The notes below the pieces were generated by a model. The model did not search any database. It had not been told where the DNA came from and saw only the letters and a program-made list of their open reading frames with translations. This document shows positions 40,055-51,961 of a stretch of 64,000 nucleotides of DNA, in pieces. How positions within the stretch are numbered: position 1 is the stretch's first letter; each line of letters starts with the position of its first letter. Position numbers and translations under genes: made by a program. This DNA is from Octopus vulgaris (taxonomy: Eukaryota): the NCBI GenBank assembly GCA_951406725.2, contig OX597815.1, forward strand, positions 161,448,001 through 161,512,000, given 5' to 3'.

Positions 40055-40622
40055 ATTGTTAGATACATATACTAATGTATATGCTTTGTGTATTTTCCAG
40101 TAGTAGCAATGGTGTAGCGGTGTATATAACTCTCATGTCACCGGTGTTAAAACTCCTTAGAGCCAAGGACAGGTGAGGTAACTCACCCTCAATTGCATTT
40201 GGGAGTGATGGACATCAATATTTCACCATTTTTGTGGCTTATCGTCGCTACCTACCTGCCTGAGTTGAAAGCACAACAGCTAGCTACAATATTTGTTATA
40301 CAATATTTGTTATACATATTTCATTTGTAAATTTTCTCTTAGGTATGCAATTTCCAGGCATACAAGCCATGAGCATATAAGACGGTGGACTGGCTAAGTG
40401 ACTCACCGTCAACCCAGGTGGGCATGTGGCGCCGATAAGCCACAAAAAGGGTGAAACATCGATGTCAATCACTCCCAAATGGGATTGAGGGTGAGTTATC
40501 TCATCTGTCCATGGTTCTAATGTGTTCTAACACTGGTGACATGTGAGTTATATACTCCACTACACCATTGCAGCTACTGGAAAATACACAAAGCATATAC
40601 ATTAATATATGTATCTAACAAT
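40055..40622. repeat. Long diverged inverted repeat (about 210-bp arms), each arm with an HHR-like motif
   Basis: 40055-40268 versus 40408-40622; motif GATAA-GCC..GGT-GAAA-CATCGATG-TC at 40426-40472 and its reverse complement at 40205-40251. Confidence 0.7.
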
Positions 40623-40631
40623 ATATATATA

Positions 40632-41429
40632 TATTCTTTTATTCTTTTATTTGTTTCAGTCATTTGACTGCAGCCATGCTGGAGCACCACCTTTTAGTCA
40701 AATAAATCGACCCCAGGACTTATTCTTTGTAATCCTAGTACTTATTCTATCGGTCTCTTATGCCGAACCGCTAAGTTACAAGGACATGGTACTATGCAGT
40801 GGGACGGAACCTGGAACCATGTGGTTGGTAAGCAAGCTACTTACCACACAGCCACTCCTACACCTATATATATATATAAAATAAAATGCAAAATGGGACA
40901 AGAACACAAAACATCCATATATATACATATACATATATATATATATATATATATATCTTTTCTTTTTCTCTTTTACTTGTTTATATATATACTTATATAT
41001 ATATATATATACTCTTTACTCTTTTTTTTACTCTTTTACTTGTTTCAGTCATTTGACTGCGGCCATGCTGGAGCACCGCCTTTAATCGAGCAACTCGACC
41101 CCGGGACTTATTCTTTTGTAAGCCCAGTACTTATTCTATCGGTCTCTTTTGCCGAACCGCTAAGTGATGGGGACATAAGCACACCAGCATCGGTTGTCAA
41201 GCAATGCTAGGGGACAAACACAGACACACAAACACACACGTGCATACACATATATATATACATATATACGACAGGCTTCTTTCAGTTTCCATCTACCAAA
41301 TCCACTGACATGGCTTTGGTCGGCCCAAGGCTATAGTAGAAGACACTTACCCAAGGTGCCACGCAGTGGGACTGAACTCGGAACCATGCGGTTGGTGAGC
41401 AAGTTACTTACCACACAGCCACTCCTACA

Positions 41430-41433
<4 letters not shown>
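40632..41433 (-). mobile_element. Two SINE A copies (40632-40865 deleted; 41020-41433 full length)
   Basis: Both match family A; both heads are followed by the same aaatgggacaagaac..aaaacatc flank. Confidence 0.85.
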
Positions 41434-41496
<63 letters not shown>

Positions 41497-41780
41497 AAAT
41501 ACAAAATGGGACAAGAACGCAAAACATCTGGACAACTAGGTGATACAAAAAGGGACAACAAAACATCCATATATATATATATATATATTTAGCCTCATGA
41601 AGGGAAGGTGTCATCCAAGGAAATACTTGTTCAATAAATAATATTTTGGGGGAGAATTGATTTCCTTAAAATAATAGGTTTGTATATAAACTGTAGTTTG
41701 TATTCATGCAAAAGAAAAAGAAGGAAATGGAAATTTTAAAGTTATTAAAAGTTTATTATCAGCAGCAAATCGATCGTTAT

Positions 41781-41861
41781 CCCTTACAGCTGTTTCAATT
41801 ATACACAGTAAAATTAATTAAATATTAAATTCATATTTCTGAGCACAATCTGTTCAGAGGG
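41781..41861 (-). ncRNA. Type I hammerhead motif with one core mismatch
   Basis: Reverse complement CCCT-CTGAACA-GATTGTGC..GTATAATT-GAAA-CAGCTG-TA-AGGG; G8 changed to C without compensation. Confidence 0.6.
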
Positions 41862-41914
41862 GAAAAAATATACACCTAGAAGTTATGTATGTTTGTTTGT
41901 AGATTCATCACAGT

Positions 41915-41952
<38 letters not shown>

Positions 41953-41956
<4 letters not shown>

Positions 41957-42297
41957 AAGGCGCATGGCTCAGTGGTTAAAGCGTCGAGCTTACGATCGTG
42001 AGGTTGTGAGCTCGAATCCCGGACCGGGCTGCGTGTTGTGTTCTTGAGCAAGGCACTTTATTTCACGTTGCTCCAGTTCACTCAGCTGTAGAAATGAGTT
42101 GCGACGTCACTGGTGCCAAGCTGTATCGACCTTTGTCTTTCCCTTGGATAACACTGGTGGCATGGAGAGGGGAGGCTGGTATGCATGGGCGACTGCTGGT
42201 CTTCCATAAACAACCTTGCCCGGACTTGTGTCTAGGAGGGTAACTTTCTAGGTGCAATCCCATGGTCATTCATGACCGAAGGGGTCTTTACCCTTTT
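41953..42297 (+). mobile_element. Young tRNA-derived SINE family D copy
   Basis: A box TGGCTCAGTGG and B-box-like CTCGAATCC, CpG-rich; other copies at 24108, 26588 and 61270-61600 (-), with a related copy at 59133-59460. Confidence 0.85.
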
Positions 42298-42638
42298 ATA
42301 TATATATATGTATATATATGTATATATATATACAAAATATTAGAAAAAAACCCACCTTTTATCAATTCAAAATTATTCTTGTAATTTACTTAATCTTAAC
42401 ATTTTAATTGTTATTAAAATTATATTTTCTATTATATGTAATTTTCTAGATGGTGTAATTTAATTATTCATTTTGAATAGATAAAAGGTGGTTTTTTTCT
42501 TAAATTTTATATATATTATATTGTGTGGAATTTGATTTAGTATTTCTAAATTGAATTCTTTTTCCTCGTAAGTTTGGATTTTATTCCCTCAAATAATAAT
42601 TATGTATATATATATATATATGTGTGTGTATATGTATA

Positions 42639-42691
<53 letters not shown>

Positions 42692-42699
42692 TATGAGAT

Positions 42700-43040
42700 T
42701 TTTTTTCTTGCTTCAGTCATTAGCCTTCAGGATTTCTAGTCAAATGAATAAACGTCAGGGTTATTTTTTTTTTAAGTCTGGTACTCATTTTATTGCTCTT
42801 TTTTCCTGAACTGCTAAGTTACAGAGATGTAAACACCATAACCAGTTGTCAAGTAGTGTTGGGAACAAAGACAGATACAAAACACATACACATATGCACA
42901 CATATATACGACAGGCTTCTTTCAGTTTCCATCTACTAAATCTACTTTGGTCAGCCCAAGGCTATAGTAGAACTGAACCTCGAATCATTGAACTGAACTT
43001 CCAGTCGTGCGGCTAGGAAGCAAACTTCTTACCATACAGC
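42700..43040 (-). mobile_element. SINE family A copy
   Basis: Diverged match to family A. Confidence 0.7.
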
Positions 43041-43422
43041 AACACACACACACACACACACATACACACACACACACATGCTCTCAAAATATGTTTTATT
43101 TTTAGTGAGCTCAGAGCGATGAAATTATTTCAACACACACACACACATACATATTCACAGATGCTTACATACACATTGACACATACATGTCCACACAATC
43201 ACACAACCACACACACATACATATTCACAGATGCTTACATACACATTGACACATACATGTCCACACAATCACACAACCACACACACACACATTCACAATC
43301 ACATACACACGCATACATCCACCATCCACACACACACACACACATCTACAAGTCACACGCACATCCACTCACACACACATCCACACACAAACACATCCAT
43401 AAACATCCATACAGACACCTAA

Positions 43423-43458
<36 letters not shown>

Positions 43459-43581
43459 ACACACATCCACCTCTCCACACAACCCATGCACTTTCAAAAC
43501 AGAAAAGTCCAACAGGGAGAATAAGAGCTAGAACAAAGCTTTCAGCAATTAATATTGTATTTATATTCTTTTCAAATTTCA

Positions 43582-43620
<39 letters not shown>

Positions 43621-43677
43621 GTTGTTGTTGCTGCTCTTGTTGTCGTTCTTATTCATCATGATCATCATCATCCATTA

Positions 43678-43745
<68 letters not shown>

Positions 43746-43782
43746 GTTGTTGTTATTATTATTTATCATTATTATTATTATC
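43040..43782. repeat. (CA)-rich tract with a tandem duplication of about 73 bp, then (TTA)n
   Basis: catacatattcacagatgcttacatacacattgacacatacatgtccacacaatcacacaacc occurs twice. Confidence 0.9.
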
Positions 43783-44254
43783 ATCTAGAAAAACAATCCA
43801 GACTTTGCTGTAGAAAAAAGATTAGCAGCTCACATTTAATACATAGCATTGAGATAAAGTTACAGCTTAATTGTTTCGAGTGATATGGATTAGTTAAAAC
43901 TGACTAGTAATCTCGCTACTGTATTAAATATGAAGATTAACAAATAAAGAATAACTATAAAATATTCACTATTGTTTCCATAGATTATTTATATTTTTTT
44001 AAATTTTATTTTAAGATAAGTGAGCACCAATTTGGTCCAGTTTTATAGATATCTATTTTTTAGCATTACTTCTGCTATTGTTGCAGTGAATCAATTAGAT
44101 TTAACTATTTGGGGGGGGGGGGGGTTCTAGATTAAATTTCTAGATAGATCTAAAGAAAGTAGGTATATGTGTATGTAGGAGGGGTAATTTTATAAATTAA
44201 CCCTTAACTTTGGTTGCACTTCAATTAAAAGTCATCTAATGTAATTCTTTCAAA

Positions 44255-44883
44255 TATAGGCATGAGGCTTGAAATTTGGGTGCTGGGAAGCAGTCTAGCC
44301 GATTACATCGACCACAGGACTCAACTGGCACCAGTACATATTATATTGACCCCACGGCCAAAAGGATGAAAGATAAAGTCAACCTTGGCAGAATTTGAAC
44401 TCAGAACATAAAGCTGGAAGAAATGCCATAAAGCATTTCATCTGGCATGCTAACAAGTCTACCAGCTTGCTCCAATGTAATCTTTTCTACTCTAGGCACA
44501 AGGCCTGAAATTTTTTGGGGGCGGAGGCTAGTCGATTAGATCGACCACAGTGTACACAACTGGTACTTAATTTATTGACCCCGAAAGGATGAAAGGCAAA
44601 GTCGACCTTGGTGGAATTTGAAATCAGAACGTAAAGACAGATGAAATACCTATTTCTTTACTACCCACAATGGGCTAAACACAGAGAGAACAAACAAGGA
44701 CAGACAAACGGATTAAGTCGATTATATCGACCCCAGTGCGTAACTGGTACTTAATTTATTGACCCCGAAAGGATGAAAGGCAAAGTCGACCTCGGTGGAA
44801 TTTGAACTCAGAGCATAAAGACAGATGAAATATCACTAAGCATTTCACTCAGCACTCTAACGTTTCTGCCTGCTCGCCACCTT
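44255..44883 (-). mobile_element. Cluster or multimer of family B SINE cores
   Basis: Three consecutive cores; the last two have a period of about 184 bp. Confidence 0.8.
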
Positions 44884-44962
44884 CCGCTTGCTACAATATA
44901 ATGTAATGGTTAGATTCTTGCAGTGTTCTTTCATTTTTTTTTTTTTAAAGTTTGAATAGTGC

Positions 44963-44994
<32 letters not shown>

Positions 44995-45729
44995 CCACCA
45001 TTATCATCATCCACTCATCATCGTCATCATCATCATCATCATCACCACCATTATCATCATCCACTCATCATTGTCATCATCATCATTATCATCATCATCA
45101 TCATCATCATCATTTCATATCTGATTTTCATGCTGCCATAGACAGCACAGTTTGTCAGGAATTGGCAGCTCAGAAATCCGTGCCAAGCTTTGCTGTCTGC
45201 TTTGGCAGGTTTCTACAGCTAGATGGTCTTCCTAATAATGCCAGCCATTTTACAGAACATATTGAATGCTTTTTACAGGGTACCAGCAGCAGTGGGGTCA
45301 ATAACTTACAAGACCGAAGAATTTACAAGACAGAACTTACAAGACAGAACCCACCCAACCACCCTCAACTGATGCGTGGGGTAGTATTGAGCAAGGTGGC
45401 TTTTTGCCAATTGATGAGAGGCCAGAATATGAACAGATGTCTTGCAGTAAAGGAAATACATGGCTACCTCCGTAGAGGAAAGAGAGAGAGAGAGGAGAGA
45501 GAGAGAAAGGGAGGTGAAGAAGTTCATTTTATAACCAGATGGTTACAGGTTCATTCTTGCTATGTGACATGATATAGGGGGTGTCTTCTACTATAGCCTT
45601 GACATGACCAATGCCATGTAGATGAAGTTTAAGAAATTGGTAGAGAGAATGAACGCCTGTTGCATGTGTGCATGTATGTGTGCACTGCACATGTGTGTAT
45701 TTTAAAATGGAGTAGTGTGTTCTCAAAAT

Positions 45730-46110
45730 CAAAAAATATATGCACACAGGCACTTTAATCAAAAAACACCTACAGAAGTGACTGTCCCAGGATTTCATGA
45801 TATCCATCAAAGTTACTCAGTGCAATAGAGGCCTTCCTTATCAACAAACTGAGGCCAGCCATAAACATGAGAAAAGAACTACATTGAGTAGACTGGTTAC
45901 TATAACAACACCTGATTGCGCTTGTCACTTTCCTCCCCAAACATCTGAGCAATGACCTTTTTCATCCCTTTCTTGCTCACATGTCCTGAAGAAAGGGTCG
46001 TAGCCCCAAAATATAGAAATGTAAGGTAAAACTCCAGCTTTGTTTTGTTTTGTTTTCTTTTTGTAGTTTACCTTATATCTTCTTGCATTGTTACTGCTTT
46101 ACCCAATAAA
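45730..46110 (+). mobile_element. PLE 3' remnant with a degenerate HHR at 45979-46022
   Basis: Encodes IEAFLINKLRPAIN (GIY-YIG C-terminal E..I...P..N motif), followed by CTGAAGA-AA-GGG-tcgtag-CCC-C-AAAA-TATA. Confidence 0.6.
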
Positions 46111-46146
<36 letters not shown>

Positions 46147-46330
46147 TTTAACAAGAATAGTGTTGCAATTCAGCTTAGCTTTGTTCAGACAGTTCAATGA
46201 AAGCTAAGCTGGCTGAAACTTTGAAATCACTGTGAGCTCTAGAAAAAGTATAGAGTAATCCTTCAGTTTAATGTAACATTGTTTTTGTTATAACCTTGAC
46301 ATAAAAAGAAACATTTCTTTATATCTACAT

Positions 46331-46402
<72 letters not shown>

Positions 46403-46563
46403 TTATCTATCTCCCTCTCTCTGTATGTATGTATGTATGTATGTATGTATATATGTATGTACGTATGTATGTATGCATGTATGTAATGTATATATATATA
46501 TATATATATATAGATAGATAGATAGATATATATATAGATAGATAGACAGACAGACACACACAA

Positions 46564-46594
<31 letters not shown>

Positions 46595-46600
<6 letters not shown>

Positions 46601-46925
46601 ATATAAAATCTGTTCTGTCTGTTTGTGTGTGTCTTCTAGGATCTCGGGCATCCTCCATCTGATTGCGTTCAAATTTGATATGTAGATACCGACGGTATCA
46701 AGTGCAAATGCGATCGATAAAGCCATGGGAATGTGCATTTGTAAAATCGTTTTGCTTTGGAATAGAAAAAAAGTCTATCTTTATTTCTTCTTTTGCTGGC
46801 GTCTCAAATTTATGTTAAATCAGAGTTTCTCAAAGGGGACGGTCAGACAAGTGGTTTTGAAAAATTTGGTTTAAATATTTGACAACTCAGCTCCGTCCAT
46901 TGGACGAGGGTGCGTCTTGCTCGTA
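46595..46925 (+). mobile_element. Helitron-like non-autonomous element
   Basis: Subterminal hairpin cgtccattggacg then gCTCGt (CTAG-like); begins with tataatataaaatctg..tctgtctgt, like other Helitron ends. Confidence 0.45.
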
Positions 46926-47044
46926 TATATATATATATATATATATATGTAAATCATTAGTAAATCATAAATGTGAAAGAAAAGTACACTCTAAGTTATA
47001 GAGCGGTAGAGTATTTAGATAAAGATATTCATGGCCAATGAATG

Positions 47045-47103
47045 GGGTTACCCAGGCTTTTACATCCATAAAGCACTCAGCTTTACAATGTCTCATCAGA
47101 CCC
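47045..47103 (-). ncRNA. Degenerate hammerhead motif
   Basis: Reverse complement GGGT-CTGATGA-GACAT-t-GTAAAGC-tgagt-GCTTTAT-gg-ATGT-AAAA-gcctggg-TA-ACCC; G12 is lost. Confidence 0.55.
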
Positions 47104-47299
47104 TAATGGCCGGTGGCCATAAACCACTCTGGAGGAAGAAAAGACAAAGAAGGGTCAAACAAAAGGGATTGTCTCCCTTAGACCAGCTGTCCAGAATCTA
47201 CCCAGTCAGCTTGCAGGTTTCAGGATTTCAGAATCACTGGAAGTGTAAGCAGGGTCCTAGAACATACAACACATGCAATACATACAATTCAAATACTAC

Positions 47300-47960
47300 A
47301 TTCTAAGGACTGTACTCATTTCCACCAAAATTTGTGCAAATAATAGAAATCTTTATAGCATTTATAATACATTATCTATATCAGTGCAAAGCAAGTTACT
47401 CCTAGAGTAAATATGTCAATGTACAAACATGTTTGTACTATTTGTCCATTTCTTTTACCATTCTTACTTAAAGTATCATTATAGAGATGGTTTCCTTTTA
47501 CAATTCCAGTATTCTAGATATTTACATTCCTATATCCTTATTTAGATTCTAGCTGTTCTATAAATAAGTTAATGGTTGCTAAGATTGGAATATCTATCAA
47601 GAGACACCTTGTTTTGTCTGATTATACTTGTGAGCAATATCTAACTAATTTACTTATTTCTGTCTTTGAGAATTGGTATTTTCCAAAGTATAGACAAATT
47701 GTCACTTTCTGAAATATATGGTGACATATGTTTATACCATTCTTTCAGAATTCTATGATATTTTCAGAATGTTTGGTGTAAGACACTTTCAGCTAATTAT
47801 ACTAGAATTAACAAAAGCAAGCTGATCAATTTCTGTATTGCATCTTCCACATATTCGATATCAGCTTTTACGTTCTTCAGATTTGCCTTTAGTACCTCAT
47901 GATGAGAAAAGCTTTGATCCCAATACACCAGTCAGGACCCATTCCTAGGTTTGTCTATGA
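47300..47960 (-). mobile_element. Decayed REL-endonuclease non-LTR retrotransposon (R4/NeSL-like) C-terminus
   Basis: Minus-strand fragments RICGRCNTEIDQL, EWYKHMSPYISESDNLSILWKIPILKDR and KTRCLLIDIP, in the order zinc knuckle then REL motifs. Confidence 0.55.
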
Positions 47961-48075
47961 GTCTTTGATTTAGAGTTAACATTCTCTGAGCTTTTTCCAC
48001 ATATTTTATGATGGTATTTGGGAATAAGTATTTTTACATTTATAATTCATGTTTTTTTATATCAATTTGCTTATA

Positions 48076-48272
48076 TATTTCTTTACTACCCACAAGGGGC
48101 TAAACAGAGAGGGGACAAACAAGGACAGACAAACTGGTACTTAATTTGTCGACCCCAAAAGGATGAAAGGCAAAGTCGACCTCGGCGGAATTTGAACCCA
48201 GAACATAACGGCAGACAAAATATGGCTATGCATTTCGCCCGGCGTGCTAACGTTTCTGCCAGTTCGCCGCCT
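48076..48272 (-). mobile_element. Young family B SINE with 16-bp TSD
   Basis: tatcaatttgcttata at 48060-48075 and 48273-48288. Confidence 0.85.
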
Positions 48273-48539
48273 TATCAATTTGCTTATAGTTATGCTAAAT
48301 CCTACCTGTTATTATATAGTGTTTACCATATGAATCAATGGAATATTCAGCAAAATGGTAATGTGAAAATTATAAAATAATAAAGGTGGCTAGATGCAAT
48401 ATAAAACAAAAAAGAAAAAAATCAGTTGTCACTTAATAATGACTAAGGATGCAAGGTAAAACCTACATTGCTAGAAACAAGAGTCAAAAACCCTGTATAG
48501 CCACAAAAAGCACACTGTCTATGTGCTAACTTGCTAGTA

Positions 48540-49433
48540 TAGTGATCTCACTCACTGTGGGGTGGTTATCTCCCCTGTCAGTACATAGACGTGTGCATAG
48601 AATTAGGAGGCCAGAAACTGGGGTAGGTGAGGTCATAAAAATTCTCTGACAACCACTGTCAACTCTTTCAGGAAGTATGGTAAGGAAACAAATCCTGTTG
48701 CAACACATATGACCTTCCAGCAACGACCCTCTCCAGCCAAAGTTTGGCCACAGCCTCCAGCAGCTTCAGATAAGTGTCAGAATTTAGCTTAAGGCTGTGT
48801 TCAAAGATGTGGGGCAGCATGATGCCACTCTGACAGGAGACATACTCAAAGACCATCACAGTTTGGGGGAACTTGGTTTTTATGAAGTCCATGTCATTTC
48901 TTACAGCCTTTACAGTGTTCCCAGAGCATTGAGCAGCAGTCATAATTGTGGGATGACGTCAGCAGCTGGGGAGCTGAGTGGAAGAGGAAGGGGCAGGAGC
49001 GATGCAAGTGCAGGCAGGGCAGCATTGGGCTTTTTCGATTGAGGTAGCCGAGGGAGTTGGACGTGTGAGTGCTTTGTTAAGGTAGGGGAAAAGCAGCTGC
49101 TATTTCTAGTGTTCGGGTCAGGCCGCATGGAAGGGTGCATTACCACTGAAGAAGTCTCCATCGACGAAGAGAAGGTAGGTGTCCTTATTTCAAATCTCAC
49201 ACATACACCACAATAATGTTGGGCATTTTGTTACCTATTGTGGATCATCATGGTACAGGTAACTCTTTACCAATATTCAGATGGCTTACAGCCTTCCATG
49301 TCATCTAACTTCTCTTCGATCACAACCTTAATCTTTATGCTCTCCAACACTGCTGACTGTTCATTAATACATCAAGCTGTCTTGAAAAAACGTGACATTA
49401 AAAAATCCTAAAATTTTTTCTGCACACTTTGTA
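48540..49433 (-). mobile_element. Tc1/mariner-superfamily (maT/DD37D-like) transposase remnant
   Basis: KTKFPQTVMVF..IMLPHIF..LNSDTYLKLL..YVLQQD..HTS; interrupted by a solo LTR. Confidence 0.75.
48947..49212 (-). mobile_element. Solo LTR (266 bp) with 5-bp TSD
   Basis: Ends TGTGG..CCACA; ATAAT duplicated on both sides; homologous to 12003-12263. Confidence 0.8.
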
Positions 49434-50405
49434 TAATATAGCTCCTTTGAAAATGGTAAACAATGCTTTGTATTGTTTGTGTTTCTGAATGTATTTAGAT
49501 CAGTTCCTAGCGGTTTGTTTTTATTCCCAACAGGGATTTTTAAAGTCCAACAATCAGAAATTTTATAACAATTTTCTGATAGCAGAATACTCCTATCTCA
49601 TTCTTTTTGTAGCAAATTAACTTTTGAATGGTATATTGATTTATTCTTTAGAGCCTGACTATTTTTCAGCTCATAGATAATAACATTCATCAGAATTTCG
49701 GTCACATACCTGAAACAGTGCCACTGTTAAAAGCATTTACAAACATTCTAGTACACAGCCTATTCTTCCACATTTAGAATTTAATCTTGATCCTGTTTCT
49801 ATTTCTAGCAGGGTAAACAAGCACATGCAAACACCCTCATCTATTCATGTCTCTTGAAACCCTATTGTACATGTGTAGTGTTTATTGGTAAGATAAAATG
49901 ATAAACAAAGGGACAGACAGATAGAAAGAGAGTTTGTTCTTATGCTGAGTGATGTACTGTACTCCCTGAGAATTCCTGCGAAATTATTTCAATGTAGAAA
50001 GATCTCTTACCAACATATTCTTTTTCTTTCTTTAAAATGCCAAAATAAAATGTAATGTCTTGATATGGTTCCATTCAGAATATTTTGCTATTTTGTTTCT
50101 GCTTTTCCATACACACATGATAAACATACCAGCTGGGATGTCATGTATTTTTTTTATCAAGAAACTGAAACTCTACAAGATCTCAAAACAATTGGCTGAT
50201 TATATGAAACCTAAAACAATAACAACATGAATAATGACAATAGCGAAAATAACAAGAAAATCCTATCATTTTTCATGCAGACAGCATCTTGGAAATTATA
50301 TAATCTTTAAACAATTCTATTTTCCTATGACAACCAATGTACAATCTTGTATGCTATTTAGGGAATCCTATCATCACATCTTCAACAAGTATGGTGAAGG
50401 CTATG

Positions 50406-50448
50406 ATTTGCTGATGAAGTCAGCATAAATTCAAAACATGTCTAAAAT
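50406..50448 (+). ncRNA. Degenerate hammerhead-like motif (duplicate at 52476-52518)
   Basis: tttg-CTGATGA-agtcagcataaattc-AAAA-CATG-TC-taaa; stem II is poor. Confidence 0.35.
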
Positions 50449-51741
50449 TACCACCCACCATACTTGGAACAAGAAATAATTTTAACCCTTTATAATTCAG
50501 ATTATTCTGTCAAATGTAGTGCTTATTTACTCCCATTGTTTTGAATTAATCATGGATTATCTTGTAGCTCTGAGATTTTCATGTGATAGCTTATTTTAGA
50601 AGGACATTGTAGCGCAGGTGTGAGATGCTGTATCTGGTTGGTGTGACTATAAAACATATAGAATATTTTGGCCAGTTATGGCCCAGTTTGAATGCTAAAG
50701 GGTTAATTAGTGATGAATGTCATTTATACCCACTATGTAATTTATTTATTTATTGTTTGGCAGCTTTTTAATGTTCCTGCATTAAATAGATTAAATTAGT
50801 TTTCACAATTATAAATCAATATAATGAAAAGCCATTGCAAGCAGTTCTCTTAGCAGCTTTGCTATTATGGTTCCTTAATTATTCTGCCAATCTTTTCCTT
50901 CCCTAGGTCATAAGCCTGAGCACCAACACATCTAGTATAAAAGTAAAGAGAATATCTTTAAGATTGGTAATTCAAATGATATGAGTGCCTTTGACTTTCA
51001 TGGAACTCATCTGCTTTTGTCAAACCTTGTCTTTTAATCCTACTGAGTGCCTAAGCATCTTCCTTGCAGAGCAAGCTGAGTGAGGAGGATGTGTAGTTTC
51101 TACCTACTCAACCACGAGCAGGTAGTACTTGGTTATATGATAACCAGAAGCAAAGAGCATTAAAAAGCTAACTAACTTCAAATAACTTTTGTGCAAGAAT
51201 GCCTGTGTGGTTAAGAAAATTGCTTCATAATCACATAGTTTCAAGTTCAATCCCACTGCATGGTACCTTAAGCAAGTGTCTTCAACTATAGTGTCAGACA
51301 AATAAAAGCCTTGTGACTGGATCTGGAAGACAGTAAGTGAAAGAAGCCCATCATAGATATGTGTGTGTTTGTGTAGGTTTGTGTTTCCTGGTCTTCACAT
51401 CATGTGACAATTGTACAATGATTGTCACGGTTATACAAGCACTGTCATTCATTTCCAACTTTTTGTGAGAACATGTCTGGCTTGGGAGAAAATAGTACCT
51501 TGCTTAGAAACTGGTAAGGAGTGGCCAAAGGAAAGGCACCCAGCTATAGAAAATTTGCTTCAACAAATTCTGTCTGACCCATGCAAACATGGAAAAGTGG
51601 GCATTAAATGACGATGATTTATAATCTGTATTATATTATTAGGGCTTGATTTAAGAAGTGTCAGAGAATTAATAAGAATGGATGTGTATGTAATGATAAT
51701 TTGTTGCTCGTACTGAGAAGTATCTTTCATTTCTACCAAAA

Positions 51742-51961
51742 TACAAGGGGATGCTGAAAAGTTCCTGGCTTTAAGGGTATCGTAAAAGACCTGACTGGAG
51801 GCCCAACCTTCTGAGTTCTTTTACAGGGCTTAGAAAAACTGAAGGACCACTGCAATAAGTGTGTGAATCTGAGAGGGAAATATGTTAGATAAAATCATAA
51901 TTAATTGATCCTCCTGTATTTTCTTTTACCCAAAGCCGGGAACTTTTCTGTGCCTCCATAT
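51742..51961. mobile_element. Mariner-derived MITE (inverted copy at 60898-61122)
   Basis: TIRs ggggatgctgaaaagttcctggcttt and aaagccgggaacttttc. Confidence 0.75.

Noticed and set aside
41956-42030. tRNA gene
   Set aside because: It continues directly into a multi-copy SINE body and has no clear acceptor stem, so it is a SINE head; the same applies to 1110-1180.
49650-49700. Minus-strand CTGATGA..GAAA..GTC hammerhead candidate
   Set aside because: Stems I and II do not pair convincingly and stem III is not palindromic.
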